Source of the DNA: Octopus vulgaris
Lineage: Eukaryota
DNA length: 64,000 bases
Assembly: GCA_951406725.2 (NCBI GenBank)
Contig: OX597814.1
Location: 106,082,001 to 106,146,000 of the forward strand
Direction of reading: 5' to 3'
A program made the translations under genes and the position numbers. The notes beneath the pieces are model-generated. The model saw only the letters and a list, made by a program, of their open reading frames with translations. It was not told the DNA's origin and ran no database searches. Within the stretch, counting starts at the first letter, position 1. Every line of letters begins with the position of its first letter. Shown here piece by piece: positions 1 through 13,285 of the stretch.

Positions 1-139
1 ATATATATACAGTTACCCATTATACAGACGGATACATACATATAAACAACACATATATACCTATTTACATATGTATATATGCATACATACATACACACAC
101 ACATAACACACATACACATATACATAAACACACAAGCGT

Positions 140-196
<57 letters not shown>

Positions 197-203
197 CATA
201 CAC

Positions 204-235
<32 letters not shown>

Positions 236-409
236 CCACACACATACACATACACATGTACATACACATACACATACATATACACGCACATACACATATA
301 TACCTATTTACACATATGTATATATACATACATACATACACATACACATAACTCTACATACCTACATATACATAAACACACAAGCGTACACACATATATA
401 TATATACAT

Positions 410-450
<41 letters not shown>

Positions 451-691
451 TATATATATCCACACACATACACATACACATGTACATACACATGCACATA
501 CATATACACGCACGTAAATACACGCACTCACATACATGCGTATATTCCTACTAACACCCATACATTTCTATACTTATATACAATACATATATACAAGTGG
601 ACACATACAATATGTGAATAGTCTTAGGAGAAAAGGTAAGTTGGGGTGCTGGGGGAACGGTGGGGGTGGGGGGTTTGTGGGTGGGGTGTCG

Positions 692-2132
692 TCAATTGGG
701 TTGCCGGGTGGGTCTGTAGTTTTTGTAGTTTCCATAAATTTTATGCATGCAATTTGGGGAGTGTTCCGAGATCTTGTTGAGGAGAGGTCCTTTGGCGAAC
801 AAGATCTCCAGGCTCTCAGAAATGCAAAGGTCACAGCAGGTATGGCCTCCTGTGTACGAACGCGCCCTCTGTAGTAGTCTCCACTTGATCTTGAAGGGGA
901 TGGAGTTCCTTTTAAAGTACCAGATGTGGGCGGCGAGGGTAGTTTGGTTGGATTTGTCAGGTCGCCGGAACGAGTTTGTGTGGGCGTACCAGCGAGTCTT
1001 AAAGCTGTTTGACGTCATTCCGATGTACGATTTTCTTTTATCATCGGGGCCTGATCGTACCTCGCATGTGTAGACGAGGTCCTTCTGTAGGCAGTTGTTG
1101 TTGAGGGAGCAAGTGGTTTTATCAGGGCAGTTGCAATTGCTATCGGATGTTGGATGGGCCTCGGAAAAAGTAGATTTATTAAGTTTTTTCATGTTATTGT
1201 TGGCTAGGTTCCTGGCTAGATTGGGCGTGGTAGAGTAGGAGAGTCTAATGGTGTTCTTATTTAGGATTGTATAGTACTTATGTTGGGTGGGGAAGTGTTT
1301 CTGTAGGAGAGTGAAGAAGATTTTAGCTACAGGTGTAGCGACCTCACGGTTGAAGGGGGGGTTGTACCAGCTAATGTGTCTTCGCCTATTTTTCCTGGGT
1401 TGGCATGGGGCTATGCTAGTATAGGTGATCTTATCTTTAAAGCCACTGCGGGCCAGGGCCTCGTTGTAATAGGGGGCTGCGGCATTAAAGATATCTTCAG
1501 TAGCGGACAGGCTAGATATTCTAATTGAGACACTTTTTACTAGGTTGTCTAATATATTTTTGGGGTGGTTGGAATTAATGTCTATATATCTAAGGGATTC
1601 ATTTGGTTTGTGGTACGGGTAATAAAGTGAGGTTTTTAAGTCGAGGGTAACGTCAAGGAAGTTAGCTTTGGTTAAGTTGGATTCTAAGGTAATCCTAAGG
1701 CCTAAGTTTTTAAAAAAAGTGTAAAGATTTTTCCGTGGTCCTGGGGTTTATTTTGTGGAGGGCAAAAAGGCCATCATCGCGGTAAAGACCACCGGAGAGG
1801 CCTGTGAATAGGGTCTTCAGCCTATGGAGGATGAAAAGGCCCACAAGGTCACTTATTTCAGCCGAGTCGCTAGCACCCATGCTGACGTCGAAGGGGGTCA
1901 CAGATTTTTTGTTGATCCAGTGGGATCCGTCGTGGAAAAGAAAAGTCTTACGTGCGTGGAGGATCACATCTTGCTCGGCCTCGGTGATGGTGGAGAACTT
2001 CCTAGCGAAGTTAATCGCGTCGATCAGCAGGCTCTCCGATATGGAGGCGTAGTAATCTTCGATATCTAATTGTAGGAATCGAGTGTTGCTTTTGTCAGGT
2101 AAATCCCGGAACCAGGTTATTGCCTCGGAGGT
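692..2132 (-). pseudogene. PLE reverse transcriptase + GIY-YIG endonuclease ORF, 5'-truncated, one frameshift near 1710-1740
   Basis: Manual translation gives FLQLDIEDYYASI, FDVSMGASDSAEISDLVG, GLYRDDGL, NFLDVTL, SNHP and WYNPPF. These are followed by a CNC-x5-C-x5-C linker, VY...YIG..T..FKTRW..H and CDLCISE...LLNK...C.H. Confidence 0.92.
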
Positions 2133-2184
2133 CCTATGAGTGTATTGCCTAAATGTATAAATGCCAAAACTACTCTTGTCACCT

Positions 2185-2235
2185 AGCTTCCTGATGATTT
2201 CTTTTGAATGAAACAGTTCTAGTCCTGTAGAAGCT
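2185..2235 (+). ncRNA. Type I hammerhead ribozyme (P1 terminus)
   Basis: agcttc-CTGATGA-tttc tttt gaat-GAAA-cag ttctagtc ctg-TA-gaagct. Stem I is 6 bp; predicted cleavage is after 2229. Confidence 0.85.
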
Positions 2236-2317
2236 CCTTCTATAAAATAAATTAATTTACTCTGCTATGTATTGAGTACCTTATTTACTGTGGTTAACCC
2301 CGATTCAACCCGGGACC

Positions 2318-2383
<66 letters not shown>

Positions 2384-2457
2384 TACATACATACATACAT
2401 ACATACATACACACATATATATGTATATATATATATATACATACATGGAAACACATA

Positions 2458-2580
2458 CAGGCGTGGCTCTGTGGGAAGTTTGCTTCCCAACCACACAGTT
2501 CGTGACGTAGTCTCCCTGCGTGGCACATTGGGGGTGTGTCTTCTACTATACCCTCGGGACGAAAATTGAAAAAAGCTCGT
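2458..2580 (+). mobile_element. tRNA-derived SINE family S2, 5' part
   Basis: gcgtggctctgtgggaagtttgcttcccaaccac... matches the S2 heads at 13858, 42640 and the reverse complements at 42330-42478 and 63110-63250. Confidence 0.75.
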
Positions 2581-2664
<84 letters not shown>

Positions 2665-2673
2665 TATCTATAT

Positions 2674-2910
2674 AATGCAAATAATTAGAAAATGGAGAAA
2701 ACCACAGGTTAATCTGGTTTTGTCCATTTTCTAATTATTTGCATTGGTTCCTGATAAACTCTTGTTTATCCTGTTGTTATTTCACTCTATGTGTATAATG
2801 TGCCTGGGCACCATCGCCCGGGGATATTACAGGAAACGGATACCGATAGTATATACGGATATTTTATCCCTTAATCGGTTACTATAGCCGCTAAATCTGT
2901 TTACATTATA
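2674..2910 (+). mobile_element. PLE-type terminal fragment with a 31-bp-arm fold-back and a degenerate HHR-like motif
   Basis: Inverted repeat 2674-2704/2715-2745 with 1 mismatch. Downstream hairpin followed by GAAA-cgg ata ccg. Flanked by (TA)n. Confidence 0.5.
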
Positions 2911-2917
2911 TATATAT

Positions 2918-4090
2918 GATAACTCACCTACTGGATCTAACAAGCATTTACATCTAAATGCCAACCAAGGAGATGTAAACCGCATTGATAAACATCAACA
3001 CCGACCAAATTGTAGTAGTAGAAATATTCATGGTACAGCTAACACGATAACAACGCCGGTAAATGGAGTCAGGACTGCTTTATATACAAATAAAAACGAT
3101 ACATGCTCATGCAGAGAGAAATCAACATGTCTTTGATGAATCTCTGTACGAGTAAAAATTTTGTATATAAATGTACCGTGCACACAAGGGGAGGGCCCTA
3201 CGTTTATATTGGGCAGACGGCTGATTCATTTAAGAATCGTTATCATAATCATGTTGCCAGCTTTAGGTCAATCAATAAGAGACATTCGACATCTTTAGCA
3301 GATTTTATATAGCGACTGAAAGAGTCTAATACGAAATACTACATTACTTGGTCCATAGTTAGACATGCAAAACCATACAGTGCAATTTCCAGGAAATGCC
3401 ATCTCTGCTCCGAGAAATCCCTGTGTATTCTGTGGACTAACGAGAAGATACTTAACAGAATTTCTGAAAGACTATCGAGATACCTACACGCATTTAAATG
3501 TACTTTCGCACAATGCAGTGTGAATGAATTTTGAGTAACCGTTCATTTAATATAATTTACTTTAAGGTGTGGATGACGTAAATTTACTTTAAACCTCCCC
3601 GTTCTTCTAAACACCTACAAAATATCTAACTCGCTTTGTAATCATGAGTGTGCCTAACCTTGCGTATGCGTATGCTCACATTTTTACTAATGCTAGTATG
3701 AGCGTGTGTACACGTGCCATGCAGCTTGCCGAGGGCGTTTATACATCCATATCTGTTAACGGTTATTTTCAATACTTTTCTCGCTGGATTAAGCGTTCGT
3801 TTCTCTTTTTGTCTTCTATAATTTTATTTTTGGATCTTCTAAATATACATAAAGAATTTTCCTCCGCCGGGCTGTTTTTCTCTCTACAAAACGGTAAGTT
3901 GCATTATGGAACAGTCATTTTAACGAGTTTTTATTATTTATTTATTTATCACACAACGAGATACGTCTGCACCACTGGATACTCCTGAAACAGTTTTTGT
4001 GGTCGATGCTAGGTGTGTCGAAACAATCGTTGTACGTTGTGATTAATAATATATTCTCGTATATTCCATATTCTATCTTTCATTTGTTTT
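2918..4090 (+). mobile_element. 5'-truncated Naiad-like PLE family P2 (degenerate GIY-YIG at ~3100-3535, then 3' UTR)
   Basis: CSCREKSTC/MNLC...VYKC...YIGQTADSFKNRYHNH...FI*RLK...CHLCSEK...ILNR, with one frameshift and a TAG where W is expected. Ends at (TA)n. Confidence 0.85.
3952..4041 (+). ncRNA. Hammerhead ribozyme remnant with the CUGAUG core deleted
   Basis: Stem I cacaacg/cgttgtg, stem II gatacgtct/aggtgtgtc and GAAA-caa tcg ttg-TA are present. Only a single A lies between stems I and II. Confidence 0.6.
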
Positions 4091-4098
4091 ATATATAA

Positions 4099-4710
<612 letters not shown>

Positions 4711-4752
4711 TATACACATACATACATACATACATACATACATACATACATG

Positions 4753-4840
<88 letters not shown>

Positions 4841-5028
4841 CAGAAACCACTGTAAGTCAATGAAGTTCATTATTTTATTTCCTATTCCTATGTTATTTGT
4901 TTAGTGCCATATATCCATATATGTGTGAGTGCGTGTGCGTTTGTTTGTGTGTGTGTGTGTGTATGAGTGCATGTGTGTGTTTGCAAGTGTGTGTGTGTGC
5001 ATGTGTATGTGTGTGCATGTGTGTGTGT

Positions 5029-5071
<43 letters not shown>

Positions 5072-5938
5072 TGTATGTGTGTGTGTGTGTGAATTTACAA
5101 ATATACATACAGGAATTTAATTTACCAAATATATTCACACGCATGAAAAACCTGCTTCGAATAACTGAGCTGGGACAGTCTTCCAGAAACTATATATATA
5201 CACATCACCACCATCTTCATCATCACCATCATCACCACCATCATCATCATCACCACCATCTTCTCCTTCTCCTTCTTCTTCTTCTTCTTCTTCTTCTTCT
5301 TCTTCTTCTTCTTCTTCTTCATCATCATCGTTATCATCATCATCGTCGTCATAATCATCACCACCATCACCATCATCTTCTCCTTCTCCTTCTTCTTCTT
5401 CTTCTTCTTCTTCTCCACCCCCTACCCCTTAAGTTTGTCACTAATGTTTTTTAGTATAACACCTACGCTAATTCTATAAACAATCCTGAATTGAACTGAG
5501 ACTGCCAGCCGCCACTGACCATTCAAAATACGACCATCAGGGCACTCCCAGATTCTCCCACCCCCCTTTCCTCACCAGCCTTCCCTCTACTACCCTACCA
5601 AGAACTCTTTCCTCACCAGCCTTCCCTCTACTACCCTACCAAGAACTCACAACTACCTCGAACACACAAGTGCAAACAAGGGAGTCAGAGAAAGGCAGAA
5701 TGCCACTTAAATCTGAACACTACTATAGAAATATTCTTTTAAAAAAACTTTTCTTCTAATTTTTCTAAATTTAATTATTTAATCGTTACAGTTGAAAAGG
5801 TCTCAAAATGACCGAAACCGGTACTGAAATGTTCACTATAAAATTATTTTAGCATTTTCTATTTTTTACTTGTTTTTTCATATATATATATATATATACA
5901 TATATATACACATACATACATACATACATACACACATA

Positions 5939-5996
<58 letters not shown>

Positions 5997-6184
5997 CAGA
6001 AACCACTGTAAGTCAATGAAGTTCATTATTTTATTTCCTATTCCTATGTTATTTGTTTAGTGCCATATATCCATATATGTGTGAGTGCGTGTGCGTTTGT
6101 TTGTGTGTGTGTGTGTGTATGAGTGCATGTGTGTGTTTGCAAGTGTGTGTGTGTGCATGTGTATGTGTGTGCATGTGTGTGTGT

Positions 6185-6235
<51 letters not shown>

Positions 6236-6356
6236 TGTATGTGTGTGTGTGTGTGAATTTTATAAATATACATACAGGAATTTAATTTACCAAATATATT
6301 CACACGCATGAAAAACCTGCTTCGAATAACTGAGCTGGGACAGTCTTCCAGAAACT
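4841..6356 (+). repeat. Direct duplication (4841-5191 and 5997-6356, plus the upstream compound microsatellite) flanking a ~690-bp insert
   Basis: cagaaaccactgtaagtcaatg...ctgggacagtcttccagaaact occurs twice, near-identical apart from microsatellite length. Confidence 0.9.
5786..5829 (+). ncRNA. Degenerate minimal HHR near the 3' end of the 5192-5880 insert
   Basis: cag-TTGAAAA-ggtc tcaaaat gacc-GAAA-ccgg-TA-ctg. The core differs from CUGAAGA at 2 positions. Confidence 0.6.
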
Positions 6357-6395
6357 TACGCATACACATATGTATTCATAGAAAGACATACATAG

Positions 6396-6440
<45 letters not shown>

Positions 6441-7034
6441 CATAAACACAGTTATGTTTGTCTACATGCATAGAAAACAGACATTCACTTCTCTCTCTCT
6501 CGTTTTCCTTCTCACTCTCATTCTCTCCCTCTCTCTCTCTCTCTCTCGGTGGATGGTAACATCTATACACAGATATGTACCAAAGATATTAGACTGCAAA
6601 GAAGCAAAGAGAGATGGGGGGGGGGGGGGGGAGAAAAGAAAAAACGGTAAGTAGATAAATTTTGTATATATCGGGTCTGTGGTGAACGGATATTAGGGTA
6701 GTGATTGGTCAAGCAAGCAACATCTGGCTTTGACACGAGATTTTCTCAAAGACACCATCTGGTGCCTTCAGGCTGGTAATGATTTATTTCGCCAGTAAAA
6801 AACTAACGCAACATATGTCACATGATTTCCGGTTGTTAGTTATATTTTTAACTCCTTTGTATTGACATCGCTTCGATGTGGCTGGTATGTTCTCAAGCTT
6901 CGTAGAACTTTCTTGGAATTATTGAGGAATATTCTTCTGATTTCTATATTATTTTATTTGGCCGTCACCCATCATATATATGGCTGTACAAATTGCGATT
7001 TCGAGCATTCACAGATCTACTAAGTATATTGGTT

Positions 7035-7640
7035 TCACATTTTGGCACCAGGCCAGCAATCTTGAGGGGAGGGGCAGTCGATTAGATTGACCCCAGTACT
7101 CAACTGGTACCTGTTTTATCGACCCTGAAAGGATGAAAAGCAAAGTCGACCTCGGCGGAATTTTAACATAAAAGCGAACATAACGCTGCTGAAGATTTCA
7201 CCCGGATTTGACCCACTCGCCGCCTTAACAATAATAATAATGATTTCAAGACGTGGCACGAGCCCAGCAATTTCGACTGATGGGGTTAATCGATTAGATC
7301 GACCCCACTATTCAACTGGTACTAATTTTATCGATCCAAAAATGAGAAAAAGTAAAGTCGTCCTCGGCGGAATTTGAACTCAAAACATAAAGACAAACGA
7401 AATACCTATTTCTTTACTACCCACAAGGAGCTAAACACAGAGGGGACAAACAAGGACAGACAAACGGATTAAGTCGATTACATCGACCCCAGTGCATAAC
7501 TGGTACTTAATTTATCGACCCCCGAAAGGATGAAAGGCAAAGTCGACCTCGACGGAATTTGAACTCAGAACGTAACGGCAAACGAGATACCGCTAAGCAT
7601 TTCACCCGGCGTGCTAACGTTTCTGCCTGCTTGCTGCCTT
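7035..7640 (-). mobile_element. Cluster of tRNA-derived SINE family S1 copies
   Basis: Repeated ttatcgaccccgaaaggatgaaaggcaaagtcgacctcggcggaatttgaactc; the reverse strand has the B-box-like gagttcaaattcc. Confidence 0.85.
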
Positions 7641-7654
7641 CGATCTGTAAAGTA

Positions 7655-8060
7655 TTGGGTCATCCCATAAATGATGCAGTTTTTTCAATTGCATGAACTA
7701 AAAGTCGGAGGGGGACGGGATAAACTACCTACATCAATTTGCTATAAAAGCAGGTAGTAATTTTACCTTGTGCTTATTCTTAGTGCAAGTTTTGAAGAGT
7801 GCAGTTCGATTTTAACAGTTATTTTTTCAAAGCTATAATGGAAGTGACAAAGGAGTATATTCGGCATATTTTGCTTTATGAGTTCAATAAAGACATCAGT
7901 GCAATGGAAAGGGCGAGGAATATTAATGCAGTATATGGGGATCGGACAATAAGCATAAGCCAGTGTCAACGGTGGCTCCAGAAATTCCGAGGCGGAAACT
8001 ACAATCTAAAAGACGAGTCTCGACCTGGAAGAACTGTAGAGCTCGACGAGGACGTAGAGT
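7655..8060 (+). mobile_element. Mariner transposon 5' fragment (TIR + N-terminal HTH of transposase)
   Basis: TA|ttgggtcatccc terminus. ORF reads MEVTKEYIRHILLYEF...CQRWLQKFRGGNYNLKDESRPGR. Confidence 0.88.
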
Positions 8061-8076
8061 AATATGCTTTATTTAA

Positions 8077-8110
<34 letters not shown>

Positions 8111-8150
8111 ATGTGTGTGTGTGCGTGTGTGTGCGTGCGTGTGTGCGCGC

Positions 8151-8227
<77 letters not shown>

Positions 8228-8575
8228 CCGGCCTGCTCGCGTTGCAATATGTAGTCAGATATGTTTTTAACATAATTACGAGATCTTGTTTGTATTAACT
8301 AAATCCACGAAGCACAGAAACAAATAATGTGGACATAAAACAGAATAAATACGATGGTCTATCGAGGTTCGTTCGACTATTCTGCGAAGGAGTATCTATG
8401 GATAGGAGAGAAAGCGAAGGATGCCGCTGCTAATCAGCACGATTCGTTTCCAATAAATTTTGTTCTACATCATTACCAGATGTCAATTGAGGTATCAGAT
8501 TCACCGTTGCACCCAACAGAAGGTTATCCAAGAGAGACTACCAAATCTGTACACATTCAGGAAATATCAGTTGTT

Positions 8576-8610
<35 letters not shown>

Positions 8611-8749
8611 TATACATTTGTTTGTCTGCAGGTTAACCGACTCGAAGTAGATATCGAATGGAAACAGATTCAGGTCAAGTCTATCAATAGCAGAGGAAAT
8701 TCAGAAAAATGTGGAAGCAGGGGTCAGCGAAGTACAGCTGTTGAGGAAG

Positions 8750-9012
8750 TTTGGTTGGAGGTGCTGCTGGTGGTGGTGGTGCTGGTGGTGCTGGTGGTGC
8801 TAATGGTGGTGGTGCTGGTGTTAATGGTGGTGGTGGTGGTGGTGGTTGCGGTGGTGGAATGGTGGTGGTTCTGGTGTTGCTGGTGGTGGTGGTGATGGAA
8901 ATCGTGGTGGTTGTGGTTGAGAGGGTGGTCGTGGTGGAGATGGTGGTGGTAATGGTGGCAGTAATGTTGGTAGTGGTGGTGGTGGAGGTGGTGGTGGTCG
9001 TGGTGATGATGA
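8750..9012 (+). repeat. Degenerate (GGT)n trinucleotide repeat
   Basis: Seen directly. Confidence 0.9.
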
Positions 9013-10017
9013 GGGTGAAAAATTTCACTCAGCTGCCAATAAATATCGGCTGCCTGTGGAAAACTGATTAAACAAATGTGAAAGGAAACCACGTTAAAAT
9101 AAGAATTATTTTAGTCTGGGTCTAGGGTATCGTAATTAATGGAGCGTGAGAAAAAAACACATCTAATTAATTAACTCTTACGTGATGACGAGACGATGGA
9201 GTTCATTAACTGGATGACTGATAGAAATTTATCTGATCTTGGAAGATATGAGAATGACAGCTATAGACGTGTTTTGGTTAGATGTTTCACAACCAAAATT
9301 AAACAAACTGGCTTGAACTTGACTGTTATTTTTGGCATGGATTTTGACCCTGAGTAGTTTTCTGTCCGTTATTATACATTTGAGTGTACTGAACTGGTAA
9401 ATCACAAATATTCATTTCATTAACATAGCGTAAATGAAAGACAATGATTCTCGTGGCACGATTTAATTTCTGAATCGTAAAGACGAAAACGAAACTCGAT
9501 CACAGTAATTAGTGCAGTATGGTGCTCTCTGTTCCATTTCCAGTGATAATTAGGTTTTGTTAATTAGCATGAAATATCAAAGAACTGTTTATCTTTATGA
9601 GGCACAGGAAATATTGTAATCAACATTGGGATGTATCAAAGTAAGAAACAGAAAGCAACGTACTCGGTTCGCTATCAAGTCTCTTAATGCTATATGTTAA
9701 TTTTATAAGTACTGTTTATGTATTATATGTATTTTAGCAACTAGGGCGCTGGAATATGAGAAAATAAGAAAAGGACGAGAACAAATAAACACTAAGGAAG
9801 TTGATGCAAAAGTGTAACGAGAAGTGAGAAAATATAAACAGAGCCTTTGAAAAGTGCTTCGAGATCCATGGCACGCTTTAGAAATCTGCCTGTTTCAAGG
9901 ATCGTAAAAGCATGTAGCTCTTTCGTAATATATATATGTACATATACATATATATATATATATGTACACACACACACACATATATATATATATGTACACA
10001 CACACACACACACACGC

Positions 10018-10126
<109 letters not shown>

Positions 10127-10131
10127 AATAC

Positions 10132-10172
<41 letters not shown>

Positions 10173-10187
10173 TACATATATATATTA

Positions 10188-10416
10188 ATAGTAATGGTAA
10201 GACAACAAAAGAATGAATGAGACCTTGAAATTATGTAAATAGACGAATTTATCTGTAACATAATATGTGACAATTATTCGGTTGCTATAATAAGACTCTT
10301 ATAAAACTGCTTGCCTCGATAACTAACGAGATGCCAGAGCAGTTTTCTGCCCCGACATCCGAAACTCGGAGTCTTATTAAAGCATCCGAATAACTGTCAC
10401 ATATTATATTACAGAT
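10188..10416. mobile_element. PLE-type terminus present in both orientations (48-bp inverted arms) with the 3' half of an HHR
   Basis: Arms 10251-10298/10369-10416 with 4 mismatches. GAAA-ctc g gag-TC at 10361-10373. (TA)n on the left flank. Confidence 0.6.
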
Positions 10417-10423
10417 ATATGTG

Positions 10424-10477
<54 letters not shown>

Positions 10478-10486
10478 TGTGTGTAT

Positions 10487-10544
<58 letters not shown>

Positions 10545-11689
10545 AGTATTATGTGTGAATATTTATATGTACTCTCTCTCATACACACACACATACACAC
10601 ACGCTCTTTTGCAGGGTTTTCATCTAAGTTTTGCTTCCAAACCACTGATGAAGCCAAGGCCATGTTAGAAGAAATCGTTTAAACTACCGCGCAACTGGAT
10701 CGAGCCCAGGTCAATATTGTTGCTTGTGGTCTCCTTAAGCACGCAACCGTTCCTGCACACAATGGTATACTTCTTTCTCTGCAATTTCCCTTGGAAATAT
10801 CTTGTCAGTACTTTGTCTCGTTTGTCAGGGCTACGAATAACACTAGTTTTCAATGACAATAACCGTTAATCAACCAAATTGTTCATGAATCAACAGATGT
10901 CAAGTTTATAATAAAGAAGCATGAACAATATTGAAGAAGATTCATAAAATCACACAAAAAGATTGTGCAGAAACTGAGATCTTAACCTTCAGGTTTCACG
11001 TTTCCGATTCTCAGGCCACTGTAAAAAAATTGAACTACAATGTCATTTTATATTCGAAACAGACGGAAAATGAAATTTCCAAAGATCAGACCCATTATTA
11101 AGGAACCCGTCGAAGAAATAAGAGTAAAGAGTGACAAACTGATGGAATGGTATGAATATATTGCAGAAATATATGTCGATATAAAATAAAATAAAGAATT
11201 AAACATAAAAAGATAGAAATAAATATAAACAAATAATTGTTTTTGCATGCCTGTATTAATAATTTATCATTTCAATTCAGAACTAATTTTATAGCATTTA
11301 ATCTGACATAAAAAGGTGATTTTATAATTTTGTATATCGTTGTATTGACCAAATGATATGCTATGATATTGGTTATACACCAGTTCTTTTTATAGTCATG
11401 AGTCACTTTAAGAGAAGGCAACGTGTACCATTTTTTTTTTTTTTCATGTAACTACATATATTCTCTCTCTTGATATATGTTCCACACAGTCACTCTGACG
11501 TCATTTTCTGTCACGTTTTCTTTATTTACTTGTTTATGTCCGTTTTTATCATTTGTATATCATTTTTATCTATTGTTTTCTTTTATTATATTTATTTTCT
11601 TTTATTTATTGTCTTATATTCATGTGATTTTGCTTGACATAGGGAGATCACAGCGAACAAGAAGACTCCGAGTCGGGCCGTACAGAAAT

Positions 11690-11955
11690 AGAGTATAGAA
11701 GGACAACATCTGGAGCAATGGAGAAGAAATATTTTAGGAATCCAAGAGCATATCCTGCAATCCACATCGATAGTATTATTCTCTCCTTTTTTCTCTCCTT
11801 TTTTTCTCTCCTTGTTTTTTTCTGTATCCCTTTCTGTAGAAGAGCGTAGGCTCGAAACGTAGAAGACTTTTCTATTCCTGAGCGTTATACTAATACATCT
11901 GTTTGTTTTGTACACCACCTGTCTTCGTCTTTTTTTTTTTCATAAACTCTCCCCG
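11690..11955 (+). mobile_element. PLE-type 3' end (family P3) with variant minimal HHR at 11830-11865
   Basis: cttt-ctgtagaa-gagc gtag gctc-GAAAC GTA-gaag. Homologous to 18183-18320. Confidence 0.6.
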
Positions 11956-12257
11956 TATTATCAATGTAGTCTCTCCAGTTGATGTTGTTGTCGATAATCA
12001 CAACATGAGACGAAACTCTTCAAGGGGACGTAATTGTAACTGGTTATTTATGTCTCCAGTCGTAAAGTAGATGGACTCCATTATGTCCACGTTCAGCAAC
12101 GCATTCTTTTGCTTTTACCCATTCAATTACTGCTTGGAGATCAGAATGAAGTTTTAGATGGCCATCTGCTTCCTTGATAGATTTGTGGAGTTGAGAATTG
12201 TGTGCCACGATTTATATTCTGCCCTTTATTTATTTATCTATTGTTATTATTATTATT

Positions 12258-12580
12258 ACTGTGTGAGAGAGCAGTGCATGCCATCAAAGTGACACTGGGG
12301 TAAAATATACAAAGCCCAGTATACCCATCATGACTATCCGTCTGATAAGGGTACACCAGGCACATGCATCACAACGATATGTGCGCGACATGGTGATCTC
12401 ATATCAAGATAAACAGCGCATGACCTTGCAGGTGGGGCCCAGTTAGAATTTTCTTCTAGTCGAGTAGCCTATCCCACTCAAAAGGTCCCTGAATAAGGGT
12501 TGTTTAAGGATGTTGAACGAACCACCCAAAAGTTAATTATCCTATTATTATTATTATCATCATCATCATCATCATCATCA

Positions 12581-12666
<86 letters not shown>

Positions 12667-13226
12667 GAATGAGAGAGCAGTGCATGCCATCAAAGTGACA
12701 CTGGGGTAAAATATACGAAGCCCAGTATACCCATCATGACTACCCGTCTGATAAGGGTACACTAGGCACATACATCACAACCATATGTGCGCGACATGGT
12801 GATCTCATATCAAGATAAACAGCACATGACCTTGCAGGTGGGGCCCAGTTAGAGTTTTCTTCTGGTCGAGTAACCCATCCCGCTCAAAAGGTCCCTGAAT
12901 AAGGATTGTTTATGGATGTGGAACGAACCACCCATGTTTCCAGGGATGAATTATTCAAACTCCAAAGAATCCCTCTCAACACATAGCTATGATGCTCCCC
13001 CACTACTTCTGCTCGTGATCAGAGATGCACACATTGTCAGCCACTAAGGGACATGCTCAACTGGGTAAGGTCAAACAACTGACATGCAAATCTGTGGTAT
13101 TGAGCAGAATATTTGCTGTAGCCCATCTTTTATACCAAGACAAAACAATGTACATGATAACACTTGCAATCAGTTAAGATCAGAAGCCATGAGAGCCACT
13201 GCCTGGTACTGCATCAGGGCATCTAT
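12258..13226 (-). mobile_element. Two copies of a non-coding (AAT)n-tailed retroelement, family A (12258-12530; 12668-13226)
   Basis: Near-identical to 31715-31955, 33078-33325 and 33408-33652. Every copy ends ...gcactgctctctca+(AAT)n. Confidence 0.85.
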
Positions 13227-13228
13227 TA

Positions 13229-13285
<57 letters not shown>

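Larger units (their letters stand above)
1..2318 (-). mobile_element. 5'-truncated Penelope-like element (Naiad-like), family P1: RT+GIY-YIG body on minus strand, microsatellite-rich 3' UTR running off the window start, and an inverted (+ strand) copy of its 3' terminus at ~2146-2318
   Basis: Coding motifs (see the 692-2132 feature). The UTR at ~530-690 matches the reverse complement of ~49690-49870. 2146-2318 matches 52451-52626. Ends in (TA)n. Confidence 0.9.

Noticed and set aside
692-3640. Selenocysteine recoding or SECIS, as reported for some Naiad PLEs
   Set aside because: No in-frame TGA at Cys positions in the visible parts. The TGA near 3135 results from a frameshift and the other stop is TAG. 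No convincing SECIS by eye.
8684-9092. Gly/Pro/Thr/His-rich ORFs
   Set aside because: Degenerate (GGT)n repeat open in several frames, with no splice or domain evidence.
13200-13222. Hairpin cctg-atgcagtac-cagg at the 5' end of family A resembling U2 snRNA stem-loop IV
   Set aside because: The match is too short and no other U2 sequence is present.
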